Below are positions 46,763 through 61,020 of a DNA stretch of 64,000 nt, piece by piece. This DNA is from the human T2T-CHM13v2.0 reference genome, Homo sapiens. The translations under genes and the position numbers were made by a program. The notes beneath the pieces are model-generated. The model was not told where the DNA came from and made no database searches. It worked only from the letters and a program-made list of their open reading frames with translations. Position 1 is the stretch's first letter; every line of letters begins with the position of its first letter. The stretch lies in NCBI RefSeq assembly GCF_009914755.1, contig NC_060933.1; one strand, given 5' to 3'.

Positions 46763-47129
46763 CGTATCCACCCCCAGGAGCACACAGACAGCCTCTCGTC
46801 CACATGCCCTGTCTGGGGTCAGGAGCCCAGCACCCAATGCTTGTTCCTGCTTCCACCCCTTTGCTGACCTCCCCACTCATCAGGGCTGCGTGCCAGGTGA
46901 CCAGGGTTCTAACCCTGGCTTCCTCCCTGACCCCTCCTCCTGGAAACATCCTTCCTGACCCAGCCTCAGTTTACCTCATTGAAGGGTGAATTTTAAGGAC
47001 CCATTCAGCTTTTATCTCCTGTCACTCCATAGACATCAAGACTTAACATCCCATCCCTCCCACTCCCAGCTGTCATTCCCCCTCCCCAATCTTCGGCCCA
47101 CTCCCTGTCCAGGGGCCCAGGTCCCCAGC

Positions 47130-48030
47130 GCGGGCAACCCCTCTGTCCCCATTCCCGGGACCTGGAGCCCGCGAGGGCTCAGGCCGGCCAGGATGGAGTT
47201 CTCTATCCCAGTTCAATTTCCCCCGCCTTTTTGATGTCACATCCTGTCCCAGCCTGCTTCCCCGCCGGCCGCCGCCCTCCTCCCCGGGAGAGAGCGAGGC
47301 GCGCGGGTCCCTCTGCGCCACCCCCGCCCCCGCCCCTTCCGAGCAAACTTTTGGCACCCACCGCAGCCCAGCGCGCGTTCGTGCTCCGCAGGGCGCGCCT
47401 CTCTCCGCCAATGCCAGGCGCGCGGGGGAGCCATTAGGAGGCGAGGAGAGAGGAGGGCGCAGCTCCCGCCCAGCCCAGCCCTGCCCAGCCCTGCCCGGAG
47501 GCAGACGCGCCGGAACCGGGACGCGATAAATATGCAGAGCGGAGGCTTCGCGCAGCAGAGCCCGCGCGCCGCCCGCTCCGGGTGCTGAATCCAGGCGTGG
47601 GGACACGAGCCAGGCGCCGCCGCCGGAGCCAGCGGAGCCGGGGCCAGAGCCGGAGCGCGTCCGCGTCCACGCAGCCGCCGGCCGGCCAGCACCCAGGGCC
47701 CTGCATGCCAGGTCGTTGGAGGTGGCAGCGAGACATGCACCCGGCCCGGAAGCTCCTCAGCCTCCTCTTCCTCATCCTGATGGGCACTGAACTCACTCAA
47801 GTACGTGCATCCAACGCCATTTTCCTCCCTGCCAGGCGCCCGGCCCGGCCCCCCGGGAGCCCCACAAAGTCCGGGAACGGCTCTGGCTCCGCGCCGCCCC
47901 GCGCCCCCGGCCTGGGCGCCCGAAGTGCCGGGGTTGGGGAGGGGGCCAGGGCGCTAGGCTGGACCTGGGTGGGAGGGAGGGGTGCAGGCTGACCGGAGAC
48001 GGCGCTCCTCCAGCCCCGGCTCAGCAGAGC
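47130..48030 (+). promoter_or_regulatory. OLFM1: CpG island / promoter A of OLFM1, with GC boxes, CCAAT (~47408) and TATA-like GATAAATA (47525-47532)
   Basis: Dense CpG and very high GC; CCCCGCCCC Sp1 boxes near 47321-47336; TATA-like element ~180 nt upstream of the exon A ATG. Confidence 0.85.
47705..47800 (+). CDS. OLFM1: OLFM1 alternative first coding exon A (signal peptide; MPGRWRWQRDMHPARKLLSLLFLILMGTELTQ)
   Basis: Translation matches the recalled noelin A-type N-terminus. Hydrophobic signal core; ends at phase-0 donor CAA|GTACGT at 47800/47801, in frame with the M exon. A second in-frame ATG lies at 47735. Confidence 0.95.
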
Positions 48031-48054
48031 TGACAGCTGCCCCCTTTTTCCTAG

Positions 48055-48348
48055 GACTCCGCTGCCCCCGACTCCCTGCTGAGAAGTTCAAAGGGCAGCA
48101 CGAGGGGGTCTTTGGCTGCTATTGTCATCTGGAGGGGGAAGAGTGAGAGCCGGATAGCCAAGACCCCAGGCATTTTCAGAGGTGGCGGGACCTTAGTCCT
48201 ACCCCCAACACACACCCCTGAGTGGCTCATCCTCCCTTTGGGCATAACGCTGCCCTTGGGGGCTCCAGAAACAGGCGGTGGGGATTGTGCCGCTGAGACC
48301 TGGAAGGGCAGCCAGCGTGCCGGCCAGCTGTGTGCATTGCTGGCTTAA
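48055..48348 (+). CDS. OLFM1: Putative alternative terminal coding exon after exon A (DSAAPDSLLRSSK...QLCALLA*)
   Basis: Acceptor ctgac...cccctttttcctag|GAC, phase 0 and in frame with exon A, open to TAA at 48348. Confidence 0.5.
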   Translation, partial: DSAAPDSLLRSSKGSTRGSLAAIVIWRGKSESRIAKTPGIFRGGGTLVLPPTHTPEWLILPLGITLPLGAPETGGGDCAAETWKGSQRAGQLCALLA

Positions 48349-48809
48349 TATGCAGGGCTTGGGGGGCTGTGGCCACATGCCCGGCAGGAGGTGAGTGAGG
48401 AGCCCTGTGGCGTGCTGGTGTGGGGATCGTGGGCATTTCAAACGGGCTTGTCGTACCCTGAACAATGTATCAATAGAGAAAGGTCTCTGCTTGGTATTCT
48501 CCATTTTAAAGATGCATATTGGAGCTGGCAGGTCTTGGGGGAGGAGAAGGGCTGTCTGTGAGCGCCGAACTGGGAGGGTTGCTTTGGCACTATGGTGCTC
48601 GGAAGAGCCTGCCAGCCGAGGGAGCCGGGCTGCTTGGGAGTGACATTAAAATGCCCTTTCAATGATGCCACTGTGCCACGCTCTGAACTGGGAGACTCTG
48701 GCCCTTTGGAGTTGCAAGTCCAGGAAGTGATGGGCAGCCAGTACCTTGGCCCCAAGCCCCAGCTGCCCCTGACCCTTCTTTCCTTCCTCCCTTCCTCCAT
48801 CTCCCTCAG

Positions 48810-49223
48810 AATAAAAGAGAAAACAAAGCAGAGAAGATGGGAGGGCCAGAGAGCGAGAGGAAGACCACAGGAGAGAAGACACTGAACGAGCTTCCCTTGT
48901 TTTGCCTGGAAGCCCACGCTGGCTCCCTGGCTCTGCCCAGGATGTGCAGTCCAAATCCCAATCCAGCAGTGGGGTTATGTCGTCCCGCTTACCCTCAGAG
49001 CCCTTCTCCTGGTGCTGCCCAGACGATCAGCCAGTCCCTCCTGGAGAGGTTCTGCATGGCCTCTAGGAGAGAAGTTTTCTTGGCCCCAGGAAGGCCTGGT
49101 GGAGAGTGGTGGTTGTGCACTGTTGCTGGACAGATGCATTCATTCATGTGCACACACACACACACACATGCACACACAGGGGAGCAGATACCTGCAGAGA
49201 AGAGCCAACCAGGTCCTGATTAG
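48810..49223 (+). CDS. OLFM1: Putative alternative terminal coding exon after exon A (NKRENKAEKMGGPESER...KSQPGPD*; 169-aa product)
   Basis: Long pyrimidine tract ttctttccttcctcccttcctccatctccctcag|AAT, in frame with exon A and continuous with ORF 48837-49223; resembles a recalled short annotated OLFM1 isoform. Confidence 0.6.
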   Translation, partial: NKRENKAEKMGGPESERKTTGEKTLNELPLFCLEAHAGSLALPRMCSPNPNPAVGLCRPAYPQSPSPGAAQTISQSLLERFCMASRREVFLAPGRPGGEWWLCTVAGQMHSFMCTHTHTHAHTGEQIPAEKSQPGPD

Positions 49224-51339
49224 TGGCAAGCTGCCCCACAAAGGGCTATGCCTGTGTCTTATTGAGACACCTTGGCAAAGAGATGGCTGATTCTGGGTGG
49301 TCCTGGACATGGCCGCACCCAAGGGCCCTCCAAGCCTTAATGGCACCCTGAAGCCTCCATGCCCAGGCCAAAAGATGCTTTTCCTCCCTAAGTTCTCCTC
49401 TTTGTGTCTTTTTAAAGATTCCCTGTTCTGGGGAGAAACTTTTGGTTCAACTTCAGTTAGAAGCCTTGTCTCAGTGGTGAAAGTATTTGTCCATCCACAC
49501 GAAGGGTGCTGGACATCCGAACCCCAGCCAGCCCCTGGTCACACCCCTGCATCCTCACACCTTAGAGTCAGGGCCCAGCCAGCCACCTTCAGGACCCTGG
49601 TCAGCTCCGCCAGCCCACAGCCTCCGCGGGTCAGGAAGGGAAATGCTGCTGTTTTCTTTGCTGGCCTGGCATGTTCCTCTCTCTGAAGCTGAACCACAGG
49701 CTGTCTCAGGGGAATGTGTCCCTTGACTCAGCCAGGAGGCACCTCCCACCCTCATGGTACAGCTCCACCTTCCCCAGGCTGGCTTCTGATAATTGTGCTT
49801 TCGGAATCTTGCATTGGAGGCCAGTTATCCTAATGTGTTGGGATTTTGGAAAAAAGCCTCAGCAGGTGAAATCACGTCAACGTTTCTGAGTCTCTGAAGG
49901 GGGCAGAGAGTGGCTGGCTCAGCACCAGCACCCGAGAGCCTGGCTACCCTAGTCCCCACCTGGGTGGGCCCCACTGGGGTTATGCCAGGTGACTTTCATC
50001 TTTGACCTCTAAGATGGCATCTGGGGTCGGGAATGGGTGTGGGGGCAGGACCAGCCTGCTCTGATTCCAAGAGCTACTGGGGGACATCCATCCCCAAGCA
50101 TCTTACTTTCTTGATTCCAAAGTTATGCGTTGCGGGTTCCCTGAGCAATGCTGCTCATATTTGTGAGTGAGTGAAGAAGCATGTCTGGGCTTCAGGATAG
50201 GGTGCTGGAGCTGCCTGGTGTCTGCCTCCCGCTTCCACTGTAGGTAAATTGCTCCAACAGCCACATCCTTGCTTTTAGCTCCTTCCAAGGGATGGACATG
50301 CGATTCTAGGGCCACTGTGTTTCTAAATGAGCATACGTCGACATAAGAAGATGTCAGAAACGCCTGGATCCTACCTGCACTTAAGAAATGCTGCCTGGAG
50401 GATTCAGGCGGACAGGCAGGGGGAGTGGAGCACATGGCGGGGCCATCTGTTCTCCTGACAGCTTACTTACGATGAGACACTCAATCAAACACCAACCGTT
50501 GATGGATGGCCTACGACACGCAAGGCTGTGGGGCCAGGTGAACTTTGTCCTCAGACAGAAAGACATTTCACATGGTCTTGCTCTGTGATTTTCAACAAAA
50601 GACTGGTATTTCATGCTCTTAGAGAAGCAGGGTAAAGTGGCATGGTACTGAGCTTCCGGGGCAGGGTCCAGAGGCATTGATCTCTGGGCCTTGGGGAAGG
50701 TGGGGCAGGGCAGGGACTCCCTGGGCTCCAGGCCCACCGCCACACCCCCCAGGCTTCCCTTCAGAGTGAAGAATGTTTTTTGTACGTGATAGGGTAAAAG
50801 GGGCTGGGAAGCTTTGTAGCAACAACCTTGAACCCAGATGGCCTCATTCTCACCCCGATCCCACCAGACACTGGCTGTGTGACCTTGAGAAAGGCCCTTT
50901 AACCCCTCTGAGCCTGACCTTCCTTGTTTCACAAGGAGGATTAAACAAGATGATTCTTGAGTAAAATCCCTTCCTGCTACAGACCCCCAACCCCATTCTT
51001 TCCTTGGCTCACTCATCCTCTCCTTAGACAAGCATTTCCTGGGTACCAGCTGGTTAGATTTAACTCGGTCAATTCTGGGCTTACAATGTTAAGTGAGTCC
51101 AAACCCTTGCCGCTTGGCACCTGGGGCCGGCTTGCTTTGAGGGAAGACCCCAGGCTCTGCCATAATCATGTGTTTCAGTGGCAAAAGAAGTGTCTGCACC
51201 GAGTGCTCTGGGTAGGAGTTGGGGAGTGAGTTCTGTTTTGGAAGCTGGAGGCAGCTCTGGAGAAGGAGGATATTTGATCTGGGTCCAGGCTTGCACCTGG
51301 GTCCACTAGTGAGCCCGGGGGAAAGAAGAAGAGGACAGA

Positions 51340-51696
<357 letters not shown>

Positions 51697-53693
51697 TCAA
51701 TCCACGTGGGTTGAGGGTATTTGAAGTGTTTGAAGATGGAAGCGGAGCTCTCCTCATTAGCCACGCATCCCCAGGCCGGGCCTGGCCTTTCCTAAAACAT
51801 GACACCCCTGGATGCCCCTGGTGGGGTTCAAGCTGTCAGTGAACACAGAACAGGCTTGAGTGGCAACCGTCACTGTGACTGTTTGCCTTCAGGTTTTATT
51901 GAGTGACTACTGTTTGCTGGGTCTCGGAGTTGGGCCAGCTGTTTGCCAGTCTAGGTGCCTGCATTGAGAAGTGGGCAGACCCGGGACTGCACTTGGGGAG
52001 TTGTGGGTTGGTGTGAACAGGGCAGACGAGAAGACCAGGGAGGTGATGCTGACTTAGGCTTTCAGAGAACCCCAGTGAGGCCCATCCCTCTGAATCTGTT
52101 CCTCATCCCCCCATTTAGCTCATTCTAGAGCTGAAGACCTCACTTCACTGCCCTGAGCAAATCCAACAAGTAGAAACGGCTAAACACTTTTACCTGCTGC
52201 AACCTAAGCTTGGGCCAGGTGGTCTGGATGAGCTGTCTTGTCCCCCTGCCAGGCCCTCTTCCCCTCCAGCTTCTCTGCCCCCTCTGTTTTGGACTTGCTG
52301 GGAGGATACAGTGTTTGTAGAAGGGGATGGAGTGCACGGGTAGGGGGAAGAGTTCAGGTGAAATTGGGGTCTTTTCCTAAACCCATTATTTCAGAATACG
52401 TGGAATTCATTCAGTCTTTGCACCAAAGTTGGCTGTGGCCTCTCAGGCTGGCAATGCCTCTGGACACACGGAGGGAGAGGGGCACCCTCCCCTTTCCCAT
52501 TCCCGGGCTGCCTCCCCTGGTGGAGAGGCTCCTGACACCAGGGGCGCTGAGCTGTCAATCCTGCCCATGAGACAGCTGCTCCGTCTCCTAAAGCAATTTG
52601 CTTCTCATTCCACTGACTTCAACCTTCCCCAATCAGAAGAAAGGTAATTTCCTGCCTTGGGTTGTATTTATTACTAAAGTTATCAGGCCCTGTAATCAGT
52701 ATTAACATCACCGTGTAAAGTAATACAAAACTAATTACTAGCTAAACTGAATTAGATACATGGCAACCACGAGCTAGGCTGACAGGGCGAGCAGCCAATT
52801 TCCAGCTCTGAAAGATTCGTCCTGGACACCCTGCACGCTCGGAAACCTCAGCGCTGTCCCGACTGGCACCGCAGGGCGACCGAAGGGAGGGGAAGAGAGA
52901 ACAGGAAGTAAAAATGCACACCTCTGAGTTTTTTTAGATTATTAAAATAATAATCTAAATATTATAAATAATAATGATAGTAAATAATATACTATATAAG
53001 ATAAATAATGTAAGAAACTGGAGCCCGCCCGGAGTTAAAGCCCCAGGAATCCCGCCAGTGGCGAGGACTGATACCGCATGTCACGAGTGTAAACTTTATC
53101 ATGTTGCGGCGGTCCCAGCAATCCTGGGCAGTTGTCCCCATTCTTGACCTGAGGACACACAGGCGTGGGGAGGTTAAGCAGCCTGCCCATCCACCCAGCA
53201 CATATGTGATGACCCCAGATGGTGCTCTAGGTCTGTCTGACATCTGAGAAACCTAAGTTCTGGTGCTTGTTAAGACAGAAAGAAAATGCAAAGTCGAAAA
53301 ACAGCGCAGTGTCACCGAACACCAGTGCAAAGGAGGTGCTGGCGCTGCCGCCGGGTCGCCGACCTCTGTGGAATGCACCACAGAGCCCATCAGCTGTGCC
53401 TTTCCGACTGTGTGGACACGTGCACGGCCGGCTGCTGACCTTGAAAACGGGCTTTTGAAGGAGAAAGCAGGGCAAGAAGGAGGGGGTCCGCTTGTGGTTT
53501 CCTTGCAACCCCTGAGGATCAAAGACCCCAGCAGGCCCGTCCACCCCTTGGAAACGGGGATGCATCTAGGAGTGCCTGCCCCGCTGCCTCAGTTCTCTGG
53601 AGTGTAAGGTTAGGGGTTACGTAGGCAGCCCTGTGCCCGTTAAATGTCTCAGCATGTGCATGACAACTTGAGATCCAAGAAGTCAGAATTAGG

Positions 53694-53780
53694 GGCCAGG
53701 CGCACTGGCTCATGCCTGTGATCCCAGCACTTTGAGAGGCCGAGGCAGGTGGATCACTTGAGGTCAGGAGTTCGAGGCCA
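53694..53780 (+). mobile_element. Alu left-arm fragment
   Basis: ggccaggcgcactggctcatgcctgtgatcccagcactttg...gagttcgaggcca. Confidence 0.85.
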
Positions 53781-56264
53781 AGAAGTAAGAAATAGGATCT
53801 ACAGGTCCTGAGCTAAGGTGGCCTCTCAGTGAGGCTCTAAACTGCCCGACACGTGCACCCGACACGCCTGCGGGTCCGGTGACCCCCTTTGTTGCACCTG
53901 GCATGCTTTGCACAAGGTGGCTGGAGGGGCTGCCATGGAGAGAATCCGCTGCGTTCGAACTGACCCGTCCTCGTGTGTGGCTGCTCACCTGGAGAAGGTT
54001 TCCTGTCCCTGCTTCTTCTGTGCTCGTGTCAAAGCTCACGCCCCTGCCTGGGCTCCAGCTGGTGATGGCAGCTGCAGTGTTAGCAGACCTGCTCGCCCCA
54101 AAAGGACATCCCAGCAGCAGGGATCTTGCCCGTATATTCCTTATGCATGGTTCAATGACAGTTAAAATCTGATTGGAGAGTGTGTAGCCATGAAAAGTTG
54201 AGATGAAAGAGTGTAAGGGGGAGATGGGAATGAGGTCGGCTCCCCAGCCCTTGTCCACATTCAGATCAGCAGTTCACAGCATCGCTTTGGGCCGTCCCTA
54301 AAGTGGTTCCATTCCAGCTAGTGGTTTTAGGTATACAAGTTGTCTTCGGGGAGTTTAAACCCTGCCGCGGGGATTTCCCTACCATACAAAATGGCTCTCC
54401 TGAGTGGGCTGAAAAGAAAGTCTCCCCCACTTGCTTCTGGTGATGCTTCGGGGGCCTAAGAGTCAAAGAAAGAACATCAGTGTATTGTAAATAACTTTAC
54501 TCCATGCACTGAAGGATGTGGTTTTTGACAGTGCAGTGGGACTCAGAAATGGGGAGCCAGCCATTTACCAACAATTTGGCTGTCAACTTGAGTCCTTGAA
54601 CCCCTGCCCAGCCTCCTTCCCAGCCCCAAATATGCACACACAGGTTTCCGTTCCCAGGCCACTCAGCCTCAGCATCTTGTCCCACAGATGCACAGACTGA
54701 GTCAGCTCTGAGTGGCAGCAGGTGAGGGGTGTTGACGGACCCAGGGGTGCTTTGTTCCATCAGCAATACAAAGGATGATGAAACAGGAGATTCTCCCAGG
54801 GGCTGCAGCAGTCTTGGTGAGAGGTGGCTAAGAACGTTTCCGAGGCCAAGTCCAGGCTCCACAGGGCAGGCCCCATCAGTAATGCCCGGGAGCCTCCTGT
54901 GCAGAGGCCGGGTGTCGTCTGGATGCAAAGAACTTTGTTTGGAATCTGGCAGCACCAAATCCTTGGCTGTAAGCAAATGGTGCCACCTGGGGCATTTTCC
55001 ACATTCCCAGCTGGACCCTGGGATTGACTCTTTGATGTTTCTCATCATGATGTCACCTTTGAATTCATGTCAGGATCAATGACTGATTCCACAGAAACCG
55101 GGCTGCCTTTCCCAATTAGTTACGGTGAGTTTCCTCACCTGGGAAGTAGGAAATGATTATGTTTGTGGGGTCCCTGAAAAACGTGCATTCAGCTCAGAGG
55201 GTGACGTGTCTGCTGAATTGTCTTGTCCCTGTTCTTCAAAGTACCACTCCCAGAATTGGCCTCTTTTCCATTCGGCAACTACGGGAATACAGAGCTGTGG
55301 CTTCCCTTGGCCTGGCTGTGGCCAGGCTGAGACGATATCCATGAAAGAGGCGTGGAACCTGCCAGGGAGAGTGCGGAGGGTGCATGAAGGGTCTGGGGGG
55401 ATGGGGGCCGTGGACAAGTCAGCTCTCTGGATGGACAAGGAACTAGGACTGAAGAGCTGGACACGAGGCCAACTGCTGAATGGAGGAAACGTCCCCCAGC
55501 AACAGCCATGGGTCTGTGGGATGCTCTCCCCAGGGCAAGTAGCTCCCCATCACTGTCACTGGGGGACTTGAAGAGCTGACACTGAGGGAAAGGGGGAAGG
55601 ACGATACCTCGGAGGAAGTTGAATCTCCTGGGTCGGCAGCTCAGGCCAGCCGTGCTCACAAACCCCAAGCACAGTGGCTCATGATGGCAACGGTGTGCAT
55701 AGGGCACAGGCTGCCTGGGGGCACCTCTGGCTCACATGTCCTGTCATTCGAGGGCCCTGGGCAAGGGAGGGGCCCTCTCTGGATCTGTTTTCCTCATGAC
55801 AGAGGCAGAGAGACAGGGTGTGACTGAGACATTTGGCTCTGAAAGCTGCTCAGTCGTGGCCCTTAGCCGTTCTCCCTCCCGGGGCCAAAATCGCAGGTCA
55901 CACAGCCACGCCTGATGCAGGTGGTGTTTGGGAGACTGTCAGCTTATGGGAGGTGCTGCCAGGCACAGGGAGCCGGGCCAGGATGGAAATCCTCTCCAGG
56001 GAAGGGGGTGAGGAGCAGTTACGCCTCCACCCATGTGTGAACCCAGAGGCCTCAGAGGAGGGGAGTACAGGGAACACTTGGCTCAGAAGACCCATGCTGG
56101 TCTTCTGTGGCTGCCGAGAGGGAGTGCCCAGGGGACCTGTGGCTCCTCCCATTCTGCCTGGCTTGAGGCCAGGTCCTTTCCTTGCTCCTGGAATGTTCCA
56201 GCACAGAAAGGGAATGAAAAAGCTACATACAACGTAGAAGAAGGAGAGGTGGCTCCATGTGGGA

Positions 56265-56645
56265 CCTCTCTCTGTGTCTCTTCTCTCTCTGTGTCACTCT
56301 ATCTTTCTTCTCTCTCTCTCTTCTCTCTCTGTCTCTCATCTCTCTCTCTGTCTCTCCTCTCTCCGTCTCTTCTCTCTCTCCTCTCTGTCTCTATTATCTC
56401 TCCTCTCTGTCTCTCTTCTGTCTCTCCTCTCTGTCTCTATTATCTCTCCTCTCTCTGTCTCTCTTCTCTCTGTCTCTCCTCTCTCTGTTTCTCCTCTCTT
56501 CTCCTCTCTCTCTGTCTCTCTCTCCATTTCTTTGTCTTCCTCTCTGTCTCCTCTCTGTTTCTTTGTCTTTCTGTCTCTCTGCCTTTGTCTCTCTCTCTCT
56601 CTCTTCTTCTCCCCTTCTCCCTCCCTTTCTTCCTCCCCTCCCCTT
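56265..56645 (+). repeat. (TC)n-rich polypyrimidine tract
   Basis: ~380 bp almost entirely C/T. Confidence 0.95.
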
Positions 56646-57869
56646 GTTTCCCTTCAAGATATTTGCCAATAGCCTGAGGAGAGTATGCGTATTTTTAAAC
56701 AGCAACCGGGCATCCAAACTTTGTCCCTTGAGGGCATCCTTTGCCAAGGAGCATCGGGAAGTGGCCCAGAGACCTGCTTCCCTCCAAGCAGCCACTCCTG
56801 GCTCTGGGACCTGAGTAGGTTTGCATCCTGCGGACCTCACTGTTCTGACTGTGGGTGTCAGTGGTCGTCTGACTGTGGGTGTTGGTGTCGTCTGTGCCCT
56901 ATCAGCTCACCATGTGGCTGTCCTAGGGCTTCTCGAGGTGATTCCCCAATAGCCCACGTGTGTCCGCCTCTTGTAAGGTCTATAGCAAGCTGGGCAGGAG
57001 CACCCTCTCACACTTGCGTCTTCTGAGCTCTGAAGCCGGGAGATGCAGAGGGGGTGTGCTTGTTTTTATGTGTGTTGATGAATTTGTACAGAGTCCACCA
57101 AGGTCAAGGCCTGTAGGGGGCTGGCATGAGGATAGAGACGTGGCTGTTCTAACCTGTCATGACAGGGAGGGTGGTGCAGGCTCGTGCCAGGACTCAGAAA
57201 GGGGTGGGCAACCTCCTGTCCTTCCCACGAGCGTGGAAGGCAAGGGCCCATGAAATGTCTTCTGGCGGCCTCTGTGGCTCGTGGAACTGTGCGGACAGCC
57301 AGGGCTGCTGTGGCCATGCAACTCATGCCACTTCTGGGGCTCGTGAGATTTAACTATGGCCATGACATTTATAAGACGAGGATGCTACCATGTGTATGGG
57401 CTTAGCCCTGGAAATAGGCTGTCACCATATGACCTTGGACAGGTCTTATCATCTTTCTAGGCCTGAGATTCCTCATCTATACAGTGGAGTCAATGCCACC
57501 ACACCATGCACTTCAGTAAGGATTGGGTGCCAGGCATGGCAAAGCCCCAGTGCCACCAGGGGCGCAGCACCTGCCCCATCAGCATCCGTATGATTGTTCA
57601 GAGCTGCAGGTGTGATGAGCCCTGGCTTTAAGAGAAGTCGTGAAGAAATTGGGATTGAAAGTCCTCTTTAGGAACACTTGGTATTGGCTGGCGCCATGGA
57701 TCCCCTAATCCAAATGCCTTCATTCTTCAACAATCCATACTTTCCTTCTGGAATGCTCCATGGCCTTCTAAATCCAATTACACTTACTCAAGCCTTATCT
57801 GACGACCCTTTCAAAACCATTATGCCCACTGAATCACAGATTTTAGAAACTGGACAGGACAGTTTGGAG

Positions 57870-57945
57870 CAGGTGCAGGTTGGAGCCGCTCAGGTGCAGG
57901 TTGGAGCCGCTCAGGTGCAGGTTAGAGCAGTCCAAGTGCAGGTTA
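57870..57945 (+). repeat. 21-bp tandem repeat (caggtgcaggttggagccgct) x 3.5
   Basis: Directly visible. Confidence 0.9.
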
Positions 57946-58699
57946 ATCTTTTACTTCGTTAAATAAATAAATGTCTATGGCTTCTGAGATGGCCTGACAG
58001 TTTTGTGGATTGGATTGGGTTGCATTTGAATTTGTTCCCGCAGAACAAGTGGTCCTTGTCCTTCCGCAGCGGGAAGCGGCGTGAGTGATCTGGACAGACA
58101 CGGCTTGTGGCCTTGAATCGGTGTTAAACATGCATGGCCAGAGGAGGGGGGCGAAGCCAGCCCAACCGGACTTGTGTCTCCGCCTGGGCCCAGTCTGTGA
58201 GCCGGGCCTGCAGTCCCAGCTTACACTGGGAGATGGCGCCCTTCCCCAACAGTTGGAATTTCCTGGCATCCGACCCAGCCCGGCTGCCTGAGATTACAGC
58301 ATTAATCAGAAAAGCAGATCTGAGGGGCTCATTTAACTAGCGGGTCTCACACCCAGCACTCAGGCCAGGATCATCTTGGCTGCAGCTGAAGTCTCTTCAG
58401 CCGAGGACTGCGCACACAGAGAGAAAAGCCCCAGGAAGGCGTTGTTCCTCTCAGGCGGGCGCCAGGGAGGCGCGCTCCTTCCGGCCCGGCGTCCGTCTTT
58501 CAAATCCCATCCAGGAAGGGAGATTAATTTTCGCCCAGGCAGAGAAGAGTGTAGTGAGTGATCTGGAGGATTCTTTCCTTCCCAAATGGCTGGGAAAGCT
58601 TAATGGAAGGCCCCGGAGGAAGTGGCTTTCATCTCCGATTAGAAGCCTTCTGTAAATGCAAAAGCCCTATTAACGTGTTTGACCCAGTCAGGCCTGCGC

Positions 58700-61020
<2,321 letters not shown>

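Noticed and set aside
56033-56840. Leu/Ser-rich 'membrane-like' and Arg/Glu-rich ORFs
   Set aside because: Translations of the (TC)n tract.
57551-57570. CTCF-like ccaccaggggcgc (similar at ~52537)
   Set aside because: One base short of the core consensus; common by chance in GC-rich DNA.
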